From a virus, in IMG/VR virus record IMGVR_UViG_3300021964_000041, positions 15,466 through 79,465 of that record: 64,000 nt of DNA; one strand, written 5' to 3'. The first letter of the stretch is position 1; each line of letters begins with the position of its first letter. The position numbers and the translations under genes are program-made. The notes under the pieces were generated by a model that saw only the letters and a list, made by a program, of their open reading frames with translations, searched no databases and was not told the DNA's origin. Positions 50,701-57,410 of the stretch are shown here, piece by piece.

Positions 50701-51259
50701 ACGTCTAACTGGTCATGACTTCCTAGATATTGGTACAGGTAATTTTGCTGATACTAACTATCCAGGAATTCCGGTAAACACTCCAGTACCAGCAAGTGAA
50801 ACAGTTGTTGGTGGCGGCGGTAGGGTGTTCTTTACATCTACTGACCAAGATGGTAACTTTAGAGTAGGTGACTTGTTCAGTGTTGAACAGTCAACTGGTG
50901 TTGCAACACTAGATGCTGATGCATTTAACGTTGCTGGACTAAACGAACTTTCATTGGGTTCAGTTGAACTAGGTGGAACAGGTGCAGTTATTACAGAATT
51001 CAGTACTGACGGCACTTTTGCGGCAGATTCGGACAATATTGTACCAACACAGAAAGCAATTAGAACATTTATTAATGCTCAAATTGGTGGTGGTAACTCC
51101 GAATTGAACGTAAATATCTTGACAGCAGGTGTTATCGAAATTAAAGAAGATCAAATCGATACTACAACTGGTGTTGAGATCAAAGTCAAAGCCAAAATGA
51201 ACTTTACAGGCGGCATTGACGGTGATGCAGTAGCATTACAAAGATTTTTATTAAGTTAA
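44738..51259 (+). CDS. Giant multidomain fibre/appendage protein B (2173 aa), paralogue of A
   Basis: Same backbone as 38106 (AVVGDELRSTRIKP, GGKIRATNGN, SQVRLTGHDFLDIGTG, STDQDGNFRVG), with different inserts including helical YDKDKCYRDV/YSVASCKDDV repeats. Confidence 0.75.
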   Translation: MAEFLLGRIKFVWKGNWTTGTAYVKDDVVRHGGKVYICIAAHTADADFYTDLENQTPRWNIFADGQEWKGDWAINTVYKAGDVVKYGGYLYIANNGHTSADTITKGLEFNQGDWDTYSEFFDYKSDWAISTRYKVNDIVKYGGTVYVCTDDHTSASTATSDDDGLESDNDGKALTIDSISNADASRSQGTYNNIIPTGGTGTGLIVNVVVDNIGGLAISITDNGSGYRVGDTLSIPDASLGGGGAANVSFAIASVADRWNIFSEGFEWKNNWQVSTRYKLNDLVKYGGQIYVCIQGHKSSVDLAGGLEEDQAKWQHFHKGIEYRQTWQTGVRYRVNDIVKYGANIWICTGAHTATNSFATDESNWSIFVPGLEYEDNWNNGTVYQPGDIVTYGGYSYIALTNHSGRPPYANASDWKLYLKGYNFRGDYADDSTLQDYLVGDVVRLGGYTYMCIQDHQGVAKNPASETTFWTRLNEGFAWKGDWTNITDYVLGDVVYYGVNSYVVIQAHQSNQAIGQKRPDLDVSGTYYKLLAGGAEGSNLTTDGDILIYNGAGPARLPIGEEGQILTVDTTGLPAWKYWGRTDHVYYVGPDGVDGTYPSYGSTLDRPFKSVRYACDAIEKGVLRPNATNLLKENRQFIQREAVEWVDYQIANTIAPFTGSFSYDKDKCYRDVGIMVDAIIWDLSHGGNTESRKAAFAYFTKAGVSYVAGQEDETVAALNYAKTVIDAIISNLDPATNYQTENSYTPAVTQRKNSKVEEAEAQSIIDSLVAIVTDAITAGADTSIPVEEQVQKTVFVKTGEYKEVLPIRVPANTAVVGDELRSTRIKPSTADDYTQRSDVEYSVAGITRVKDLLSNIIIGSAVTKTGTNTQSQVQALPYGSATEGTAAVAKLQHVIDYINYYAGNDSQDSTAPTMTTGQTTASVISATKANPVIIETSTAHGLYDRALVNIKNINGMIELNDRMYYVDVLTTTTFALYEDYKMTVGVDGTGYEAYTSGGTAYWNGNVRSSDQNAHNAARQLLLNKEFLAEEATAYITATYPSYTYSVASCKDDVRDYIDAVIYDLVYGGTYASHFAARFYSNAVEGSVTEDMFYLRNGCGLRNCSLNGLTGVLGSANAYGTKRPTAGAFTSLDPGWGPADDRTWIINKSPYIQNVSNFGTAAVGCKIDGALHDSGNDSIVSNDFTQIISDGIGVWCTNLGRTELVSVFSYYGHIGYLAENGGKIRATNGNSSYGTFGCVAEGVDATETVIDGTVNNRYSEALIGEVLTDQEQVLVMFFDNAGINYEDVTYTVSGDGAGVSVLGDEFRDQALFDVRMLNTDQDADGTGDFGGADYGYANNTAQFGDTTSIRLSNTDTANTGDYDGMRIIITSGLGVGQYAYLGQFNAGNKDATVFRESDDQPGWDHFIPGTPISELMDGTTKYVVEPRVTISEPPFSSTQQDYGVSLQSKRNNIAYGNDRFIIAGYNTNQTIYSQDGATWQSGGALPATGKWTGLSYGAGEDSTMTWVVLKEDSTDAAYSTDDGATWTSSTLPSTVTWSASLYAKNTYVAVASGTTEAAYSADGVTWLATTLPSSQNWKKIIFGRNEFVAIGDGAAFAQSLDGITWNSKAFPVFTDTNTKVKDIAYGNGRYLMIGDKGTQGFYSLDGTNWVETIIDTTADSSIGGGDGLLEYGQGVFLWFSSRNGQIKNVDTIGIADALRTEGTYEIADTDYTTSGSGQGATFTVVVDGTGAATVTIKTEGQLFIDDEVITITDANLGGGGAADLTFQVDGVRDTSQSSITKDGIYWKGKTNGKTNGNYSALAFGNPGRRPTWFAIQSGSGNGALTRAGAQAFIRARVATGKIPGMRIFEPGSGYSSPPNITITDPSNTIEAPVQLRIGDGALGNPTFINRGSAYETASATVTGDGTIDKFQNGSNIFVENLSESPKAGSNVTFSNLPGSYFKLVVVRELSGPNAQGKYSAKLQVSPDIPVDTAPPHADSVEMRIRYSQVRLTGHDFLDIGTGNFADTNYPGIPVNTPVPASETVVGGGGRVFFTSTDQDGNFRVGDLFSVEQSTGVATLDADAFNVAGLNELSLGSVELGGTGAVITEFSTDGTFAADSDNIVPTQKAIRTFINAQIGGGNSELNVNILTAGVIEIKEDQIDTTTGVEIKVKAKMNFTGGIDGDAVALQRFLLS

Positions 51260-51276
51260 CAAAGGAGAAATAAACA

Positions 51277-51594
51277 ATGGCGACAGGAAGATTAGGTGCA
51301 AGTGATGTTACAGCGGGTGCAAATACCGTAGTATACACAGTTCCTGCCAGCACATACGCTGTTGTCACTGTATCTTTTTGTAATAGATCCAACACTGCCG
51401 CATCTTTAAGACTTGCGGTTGCATCGGCTGATACACCAACCAATGCTGAGTATGTGGAATATGACACAGAGATCATGGCAAAAGGGGTTCTAGAAAGAAC
51501 AGGGTTAGTGCTAGATGCAGGCAAAAGAATAGTTGCTTATTCATCATCGGATGCGACATCCGTTGTTGTAATGGGTATTGAAACAGCGGCGTAA
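51277..51594 (+). CDS. Small beta-sandwich virion protein (paralogue 3 of 3)
   Basis: TVVYTVPASTYAVVTVSFCNRS...LERTGLVLDAGKRIVA. Confidence 0.6.
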   Translation: MATGRLGASDVTAGANTVVYTVPASTYAVVTVSFCNRSNTAASLRLAVASADTPTNAEYVEYDTEIMAKGVLERTGLVLDAGKRIVAYSSSDATSVVVMGIETAA

Positions 51595-51626
51595 TGGCTA
51601 AATATAATTAGAAAAAGGATATAACA

Positions 51627-51959
51627 ATGGGAAGATATATTACTACAACTGGTACAAGTGGCGCAGTAATTACTGAACAAAGTTCCGCTTATAATGCTAA
51701 AGTCAATGATAGAGTTTTAGCAGATTCAAGTGGTGCCGCGTTTACAATTACTTTGCCAGCAAACGCTAGTCTAGTTAAAGGTGACACAATCCAGATCGTA
51801 GATGTTACAGGATCGTTTGGAACAAACAATGTTACACTTGCAAGAAATGGTTCAAAAGTTCAGAATTTAACTGAAGATTTAGTATTGAACATTAACAATG
51901 CTGTTGTAACAATTTTGTATTCAGGTCCAACATACGGATGGGTACTACTAAGTAGTTAA
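51627..51959 (+). CDS. Stand-alone fibre domain resembling T4 gp34 proximal repeats
   Basis: ADSSGAAFTITLPA...GDTIQIVD..GSFGTNNVTLARNG...DLVL...TILYSGPTYGW. Confidence 0.55.
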   Translation: MGRYITTTGTSGAVITEQSSAYNAKVNDRVLADSSGAAFTITLPANASLVKGDTIQIVDVTGSFGTNNVTLARNGSKVQNLTEDLVLNINNAVVTILYSGPTYGWVLLSS

Positions 51960-51993
51960 TAAGTGTTGCAATTAATTTAGATAGGGGATATAA

Positions 51994-52893
51994 ATGGCAA
52001 ATTTAAAAAGTTTATTAGATAAAGCATTATCCGAGGATTTTGATCCAGATAATCCTTCAATGCCAAAGTACAAATATGATGATTGTACTATTGCATTTGC
52101 CACAACTTGTGGTATCACTCATGCTAGAGACGAATGTAAACATGAGTTTTGCTGGACCCCTGAACCAGACATCAATTTTTTAAGAATTGAAATGTGGGGC
52201 GGCGGAGGCGGCGGTGCCGGCGTATGCTGTTGTATGTGGGGATTTGGTGCTGGTGCTGGTGCGTATGCTAGATTAGATTGTATCGACGTTCGAACTTGTA
52301 AAACAGAATATAGAATTTGTATTGCTCCTCCTGCATGTTGTTCACCTAACAGAGATTGCGGATACAGAGGATGTAAAACTTACATTAACAATGGTTACCT
52401 AAGAAAATCAGACGGAACTACATGTGCTGGAAATTTCTGTGCTGAAGGTGGTCAACCAGGTGATGCAAAATGCTTTATGTTTGAATGTCTAGACAGTCAA
52501 TGTGGTGCTGGAACAAACGGTTGTGGTACATTTATGGATCCACGTTACGATAGTTGCTGTGCTTGTTACTTTGACGCTGATTTCGGCTTCCCAGGAAAAT
52601 TAGGCGGTATTCAAACACATCAAAAAGACAACTCCTCATGTTGGTATAAGCACTTAAACATTCTACCAGGTATGCTTGATGAGTGCGGATACAGATACGA
52701 CTTTATTAGATTCTGTGCATACAACCACCATGGTTCATTTGCAGGTTGTGCAACTGGACGTGGTTTGATTGGTGCAGGTGATGATCACCATGCGGCACCA
52801 GGTAAAGGTGGATCATCGGCTTCGGCACTTGGTGGAAACTGCTACTGTGGTGGCCCAGGCGGACCTGGTTTTGTAAGGATTAACTTAACTTAG
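51994..52893 (+). CDS. Cys-rich glycine-rich-domain protein 1 (putative fibre tip/adhesin)
   Basis: IEMWGGGGGGAGVCCC...GAGAYA...GGPGFVRINL; about 29 Cys in 299 aa. Confidence 0.65.
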   Translation: MANLKSLLDKALSEDFDPDNPSMPKYKYDDCTIAFATTCGITHARDECKHEFCWTPEPDINFLRIEMWGGGGGGAGVCCCMWGFGAGAGAYARLDCIDVRTCKTEYRICIAPPACCSPNRDCGYRGCKTYINNGYLRKSDGTTCAGNFCAEGGQPGDAKCFMFECLDSQCGAGTNGCGTFMDPRYDSCCACYFDADFGFPGKLGGIQTHQKDNSSCWYKHLNILPGMLDECGYRYDFIRFCAYNHHGSFAGCATGRGLIGAGDDHHAAPGKGGSSASALGGNCYCGGPGGPGFVRINLT

Positions 52894-52904
52894 GAAGGAA
52901 TGAA

Positions 52905-53765
52905 ATGGCAAATCTAAGATCACTTATTGGTTCAGTTAGCGTAACAGACCTACAGCCTATTACTAAAAACTGTACTATGACATTCAGACCTTTCTGTACT
53001 TGTTATTGTAACAGTTCATTCGGCGACAACTGTATGTTGTACTGGTGTGTACCAAACGGCGTTAACTGTATGAAGGTAGAAGTATGGGGCGGTGGCGGCT
53101 CTGGCGGCGGCGCATGTGGATGTTCAGCAGGACCTCCAGGTGGTTCAGGTGCTTGGGCAGTAAAATGCTTAACAGCGGCGGCTGGCGACTTCTCCGTAGG
53201 TGACTGTTATGATCTATATCCAGGACCTGCAACTTGTTGTGCCCAATGTTGTTGTGGTATTTTAGGTTGTAAAGGTTGGGTTACAGGTAATGGTTTAACG
53301 AATTTTTGTGCAGACGGTGGTAATGCGGGACAGGCATGTTGTTTCGTTCACTGGGGTGCATTTAACTGTTTAGGTAATAACTGTGGATACTACTACACAG
53401 ATAGAATGTGTTGTTTGTGTTGCAGATGTTACTACGGTGCAGACTTAGGGTCTCCAGGAAGACCTAGTGCTACATGGGCACAATGTACTTGTGGATCATG
53501 TTGGTGGAAAATTTTATATCACTATCCAGGTGGATTAAACAACCAAACAGGTGGATTTACAAGCACACAGAATAATGGTAATGCTTGTAACCAAGAATGG
53601 GCAAGATGTAATCCGGTTATTGGACAGTGGACAACAGGTAATACTACTGGTTGGACACCAGGATTAGGTGGACCAACTGCTACATCATGTGGTGACGGAT
53701 GCTGTTATGGATTCCCAGGTACTGCTGGTATGGTAAGAATAACTTATAATGATTGTACAACGTAA
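52905..53765 (+). CDS. Cys-rich glycine-rich-domain protein 2
   Basis: VEVWGGGGSGGGACGC...GGSGAWA...GTAGMVRITY; about 36 Cys in 286 aa. Confidence 0.65.
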   Translation: MANLRSLIGSVSVTDLQPITKNCTMTFRPFCTCYCNSSFGDNCMLYWCVPNGVNCMKVEVWGGGGSGGGACGCSAGPPGGSGAWAVKCLTAAAGDFSVGDCYDLYPGPATCCAQCCCGILGCKGWVTGNGLTNFCADGGNAGQACCFVHWGAFNCLGNNCGYYYTDRMCCLCCRCYYGADLGSPGRPSATWAQCTCGSCWWKILYHYPGGLNNQTGGFTSTQNNGNACNQEWARCNPVIGQWTTGNTTGWTPGLGGPTATSCGDGCCYGFPGTAGMVRITYNDCTT

Positions 53766-53780
53766 GGGGTAAATATTAAC

Positions 53781-54629
53781 ATGGCAACACTGAGTTCATA
53801 CGTAAGCGAATTAAAATTAAACCCAGGACAGTCGGTAACTGACTTACCATCGGGTTGTACATTTATCTACAAAAGACACTGCTTTAACGGTGATAATGCA
53901 CACGGCAATTATCAATTTGACTGTTGTTTTGCATTTATTGTACCTGCAGATGCAGTAAGAGCAACATTTGAAACCTTCGGAGGCGGAGGTGGCGGCGGTG
54001 TATCTTGCTGTTGTATGAATGGTGCACCAGGTGGTTCAGGTGCTTATGCACGTAAAACTATTCCTGTATCACAGGGTTGGTGCTATGACTTATGTTTAGG
54101 ACAGCAAAGTTGTTGTCATAATGGTAGAAACGGATTTAGAGGATGCCGTTCAACTATCGGCGGGTGTAATGTTAGTATGTGTGCGGCAGGCGGAAAAGAA
54201 GGATGTTCATTCTGTTTTCCAGGTTGCGGATGTTATGTAACAGGATATTGCTGTTGTCGTGCTTGGAACTGTAACTGTTGTATTAACAACAATACAGCAG
54301 AAGCAAGTGGCGGTGACTTTATGGTATGTGGTGTGCGTGGATGGATGCAACACAGAGCCTGTGGCGGACATTGCTGTCACAAAATTCACTTTCCATATCC
54401 AGGCGGATTGTTTAACAAGTGCGGTGGTACAGTTGGTGTACAAGGTGGCGATAGAGGCTTTAGTACATTTGTTAACTGTGCGGCGGCAGACTATACAGGT
54501 TTTGCTAGACTACACTCACAGTATGTTCCAGGACAAGGTGGAGCAACTTACGTAAGATGGTCAGGTGGATGTCACTGTGGTTCATATGGAACTCCAGGTA
54601 TGGTTAGAATTACATGGTACACAACATAA
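53781..54629 (+). CDS. Cys-rich glycine-rich-domain protein 3
   Basis: FETFGGGGGGGVSCCC...GGSGAYA...GTPGMVRITW; about 32 Cys in 282 aa. Confidence 0.65.
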   Translation: MATLSSYVSELKLNPGQSVTDLPSGCTFIYKRHCFNGDNAHGNYQFDCCFAFIVPADAVRATFETFGGGGGGGVSCCCMNGAPGGSGAYARKTIPVSQGWCYDLCLGQQSCCHNGRNGFRGCRSTIGGCNVSMCAAGGKEGCSFCFPGCGCYVTGYCCCRAWNCNCCINNNTAEASGGDFMVCGVRGWMQHRACGGHCCHKIHFPYPGGLFNKCGGTVGVQGGDRGFSTFVNCAAADYTGFARLHSQYVPGQGGATYVRWSGGCHCGSYGTPGMVRITWYTT

Positions 54630-54649
54630 TTAAAGATATAGGATAAAAA

Positions 54650-55381
54650 ATGGCAGTTAGAGAAATAGAATTTACATTTGAATACGACATTCCAGACAAG
54701 TATTTGTATCTTACAAACGATCTTGGGTTGACTACTACTTTTACCTATAGAGGTCCAACAAAAATATGGATTGTTGTTGATAAAGAAACAAGAAAAATTT
54801 TACCATCGTATGGTTGGGTAGCAGATGACGGTGATCCAAATACACAAGAACAACAAGAATTACAAGCAGGCCTAGACTGCTATGCTGTATTAGTTGACGC
54901 AAAAACAGATCCTGTTATTGCTTCTGCTTTTGCTATGAACATTGATCAAGCAGATTATCCACAGGTTGAATTTACTAGAGAACAACAAGATCCAACTGAT
55001 ACAACCGTTTATTATTCTAGAGCGGCTAATCCTACTCCAGATCATACATATGAAATTGCTGGCATTCAGTATAATCCTGACACTAAACAATTTGATAAAC
55101 CATATCCATGGAAACAACCACACATGACATGGGATGAATTATGGGAAGGCCGAGATAGTGTCATTGCTAATGCTACAGACAGTATTGCTGATTTAAAAGC
55201 AGATAATGATGATGGCGAATTTACTGATCTTATTGCAGATCTAGAAGATTTTGTCGATGAGTTGAATGCACTAGAAACTAAATTTCCAAGAACACATTGG
55301 GATCCATGGATGGTTCCATTTCCAGATGATCCAAGAGTTGATACAACAGAAAACAGCGTTGTACCTGAGGAGGACAGATAA
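54650..55381 (+). CDS. Putative tail fibre assembly chaperone-like protein 1
   Basis: C-terminal RD...ELNALETKFP...WDPWMVPFPDDP resembles phage tail assembly chaperone ends; paralogue of 55381. Confidence 0.5.
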   Translation: MAVREIEFTFEYDIPDKYLYLTNDLGLTTTFTYRGPTKIWIVVDKETRKILPSYGWVADDGDPNTQEQQELQAGLDCYAVLVDAKTDPVIASAFAMNIDQADYPQVEFTREQQDPTDTTVYYSRAANPTPDHTYEIAGIQYNPDTKQFDKPYPWKQPHMTWDELWEGRDSVIANATDSIADLKADNDDGEFTDLIADLEDFVDELNALETKFPRTHWDPWMVPFPDDPRVDTTENSVVPEEDR

Positions 55382-56142
55382 TGAGTGAACTACCTAGATG
55401 GCTACCACATGTTGAAATTGAATTTGAATATGATGTACCTGATAAATTCTGTCATCAAACAAACGACTTAGGCAAAACAGGAAAGTTTACATATAACGGT
55501 CCTGAAAAAATTTATGTATTTGTTAACAAAGAAACAAAATTACTAGAAGTAGGCATGGACGCTATTGCTGTTGATCCTGAAGATCCAGATCAAGAAGCAC
55601 AAGTTAAAATGAAAGCAGGGTTAGGACACGAAGCAATAGTTGTTGATCCGGCAAAAGAGCCATTAATTGCCACACTTGCATGGATGGACACAGAAGAAGA
55701 ACAAAATTATCCTTGTAAAACTTGGAAACTTGACGGTGATGACACTGTTTATTATTGGAAGTCAGAACCATTAATTCCAAACGAAGCATACGCACAAGAC
55801 GAAATTCAATATGATTTTGATAAAAAAGAATGGGTTAAACCTTTTCCTTGGGAAAAGCCAACTATGGACGAAGCACTGTTTACAGAAACACGTGATAACT
55901 TAGTTTGGCATTGTGAACAAGAGTTAATAAACGACCCAACACTATCTGATCCTGCAAATGCAGAATACAGACAAAAAGTAGTTGACCATATTGCAGAACT
56001 TAAAAATTTACGCAATAAGTTTCCTGCTCCAGAATGGGATCCATGGATGATCAAATTTCCAGATAATCCTAGAGGTGATATTTTGGAAGGTAATCCTTTT
56101 GAGCGTGACGAAGCAAACGATCCAGAACGCAAGTTCGATTAA
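55381..56142 (+). CDS. Putative tail fibre assembly chaperone-like protein 2
   Basis: FEYDVPDK...TNDLG...FTYNGP shared with 54650; YRQKVVDHIAELKNLRNKFPAPEWDPWMIKFPDNP. Confidence 0.5.
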   Translation: MSELPRWLPHVEIEFEYDVPDKFCHQTNDLGKTGKFTYNGPEKIYVFVNKETKLLEVGMDAIAVDPEDPDQEAQVKMKAGLGHEAIVVDPAKEPLIATLAWMDTEEEQNYPCKTWKLDGDDTVYYWKSEPLIPNEAYAQDEIQYDFDKKEWVKPFPWEKPTMDEALFTETRDNLVWHCEQELINDPTLSDPANAEYRQKVVDHIAELKNLRNKFPAPEWDPWMIKFPDNPRGDILEGNPFERDEANDPERKFD

Positions 56143-56222
56143 CATAACCACTTTCTAATCCAGTCAAAAAACTACCCGGTAAATATTCTTACATAAAGAA
56201 ATACAATTTACAAGGGGCTTAA

Positions 56223-57410
56223 ATGACTACTAGATCAACAGCATTTTTTATTAACGGCGGTGCTGGCCGCGTTATTGCTAGTATTCCTGCACTAGAACTG
56301 TTCAGGAAACAAAATCCAGACGATGATTTTATTATCGTTTGCGAAGGTGGCACAGAATTTTATAAAGGACATCCAGACTTAGACAAACGTGCATACGATT
56401 TGTGGCACAAACATCTATTCAACGACAAGATTAAGGATAGAAATTGTGTAAGTCCAGAACCATATAGAAATTGGTTTTACTACAATCAAAAAGCAAGTTT
56501 AGCACAAGCATTTGATTTAGAAATTAACAAAGAAGTTACAGAACCAAGAGACTTACATTTACCTACTATTAAGTTGAATAGAGAAGAAGTACTTAATGGT
56601 GAAATTACACTTAACGAAGTAAGACAAATTACTGGAAAAGAAAAGGTAATAGTAATTCAACCTTTTGGTAGAGGTGTAAGTTATAGAGATGGGGTGTTTA
56701 ATGACAGCACATCAAGAAGTATTGAATACGAAGATCTAGTAAATTTAATTAAGAAATTACAGAAGAAAAATCATGCTGTGATGGTTATGGCCGAAATGCC
56801 CATTGACTTTAGTGTCGCGAATATTGAAGTCCCTGTTCCAATTCCGCAAGGAATTACTCTAAGACAATGGGCAGGTCTAATCAAAGGTTGTGATTATTTC
56901 ATTGGCTGTGATAGTGTAGGGCAACATATTGCTTATGCATTAGGTACTCCTGCAACTGTGATTACAGGTAGTACGTTTCCCATTAACACAACACACATCA
57001 GTCATAAAAAGTTTGACATTATTGATCTAGGTGAAAAACATAGAGAATATGCTCCTATTAGAATTACTCCAGACGAAGTTTGTGATAGAATGAATGACGG
57101 TGTAATGAAAATGAGAGAGGTTGATGTTGAGTCAGTTGTAAAAAGTGTACAAAACGGATTAAAAAAATATCCACAACCTAATACTGAAATTAAAATGAAG
57201 GCAAAGTTGCAAGGTGAAGGACAACAACAGCAAGGTGAAGTTTGTCCAGTACACGGTGTAGCCCACGAACACGGTCATACACATCAACACCAAGCACCTG
57301 CACAGGCACCACAAATGCCTTTTGCACCGCAAATGGCACAAACTGCAATGAGTTCACAGTTTGGAGTTGTTCCGCCAGTATTTAAACCCGAAGGATCCAA
57401 GGAGAAATAA
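56223..57410 (+). CDS. GT9-like (heptosyltransferase-fold, GT-B) glycosyltransferase with His-rich tail
   Basis: INGGAGRVIASIPAL, IVIQPFG, LRQWAGLIKGCDYFIGCDSVGQHIAYALGTPATVITGST (GT9-type D-S-x-x-x-H-x-A-x-A-L-G). Confidence 0.7.
   Translation: MTTRSTAFFINGGAGRVIASIPALELFRKQNPDDDFIIVCEGGTEFYKGHPDLDKRAYDLWHKHLFNDKIKDRNCVSPEPYRNWFYYNQKASLAQAFDLEINKEVTEPRDLHLPTIKLNREEVLNGEITLNEVRQITGKEKVIVIQPFGRGVSYRDGVFNDSTSRSIEYEDLVNLIKKLQKKNHAVMVMAEMPIDFSVANIEVPVPIPQGITLRQWAGLIKGCDYFIGCDSVGQHIAYALGTPATVITGSTFPINTTHISHKKFDIIDLGEKHREYAPIRITPDEVCDRMNDGVMKMREVDVESVVKSVQNGLKKYPQPNTEIKMKAKLQGEGQQQQGEVCPVHGVAHEHGHTHQHQAPAQAPQMPFAPQMAQTAMSSQFGVVPPVFKPEGSKEK

Noticed and set aside
38106-54629. Diversity-generating retroelement acting on fibre genes
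   Set aside because: No reverse transcriptase in the window and no ~100-nt repeat pair differing only at adenines; the shared blocks are short and fit paralogy.
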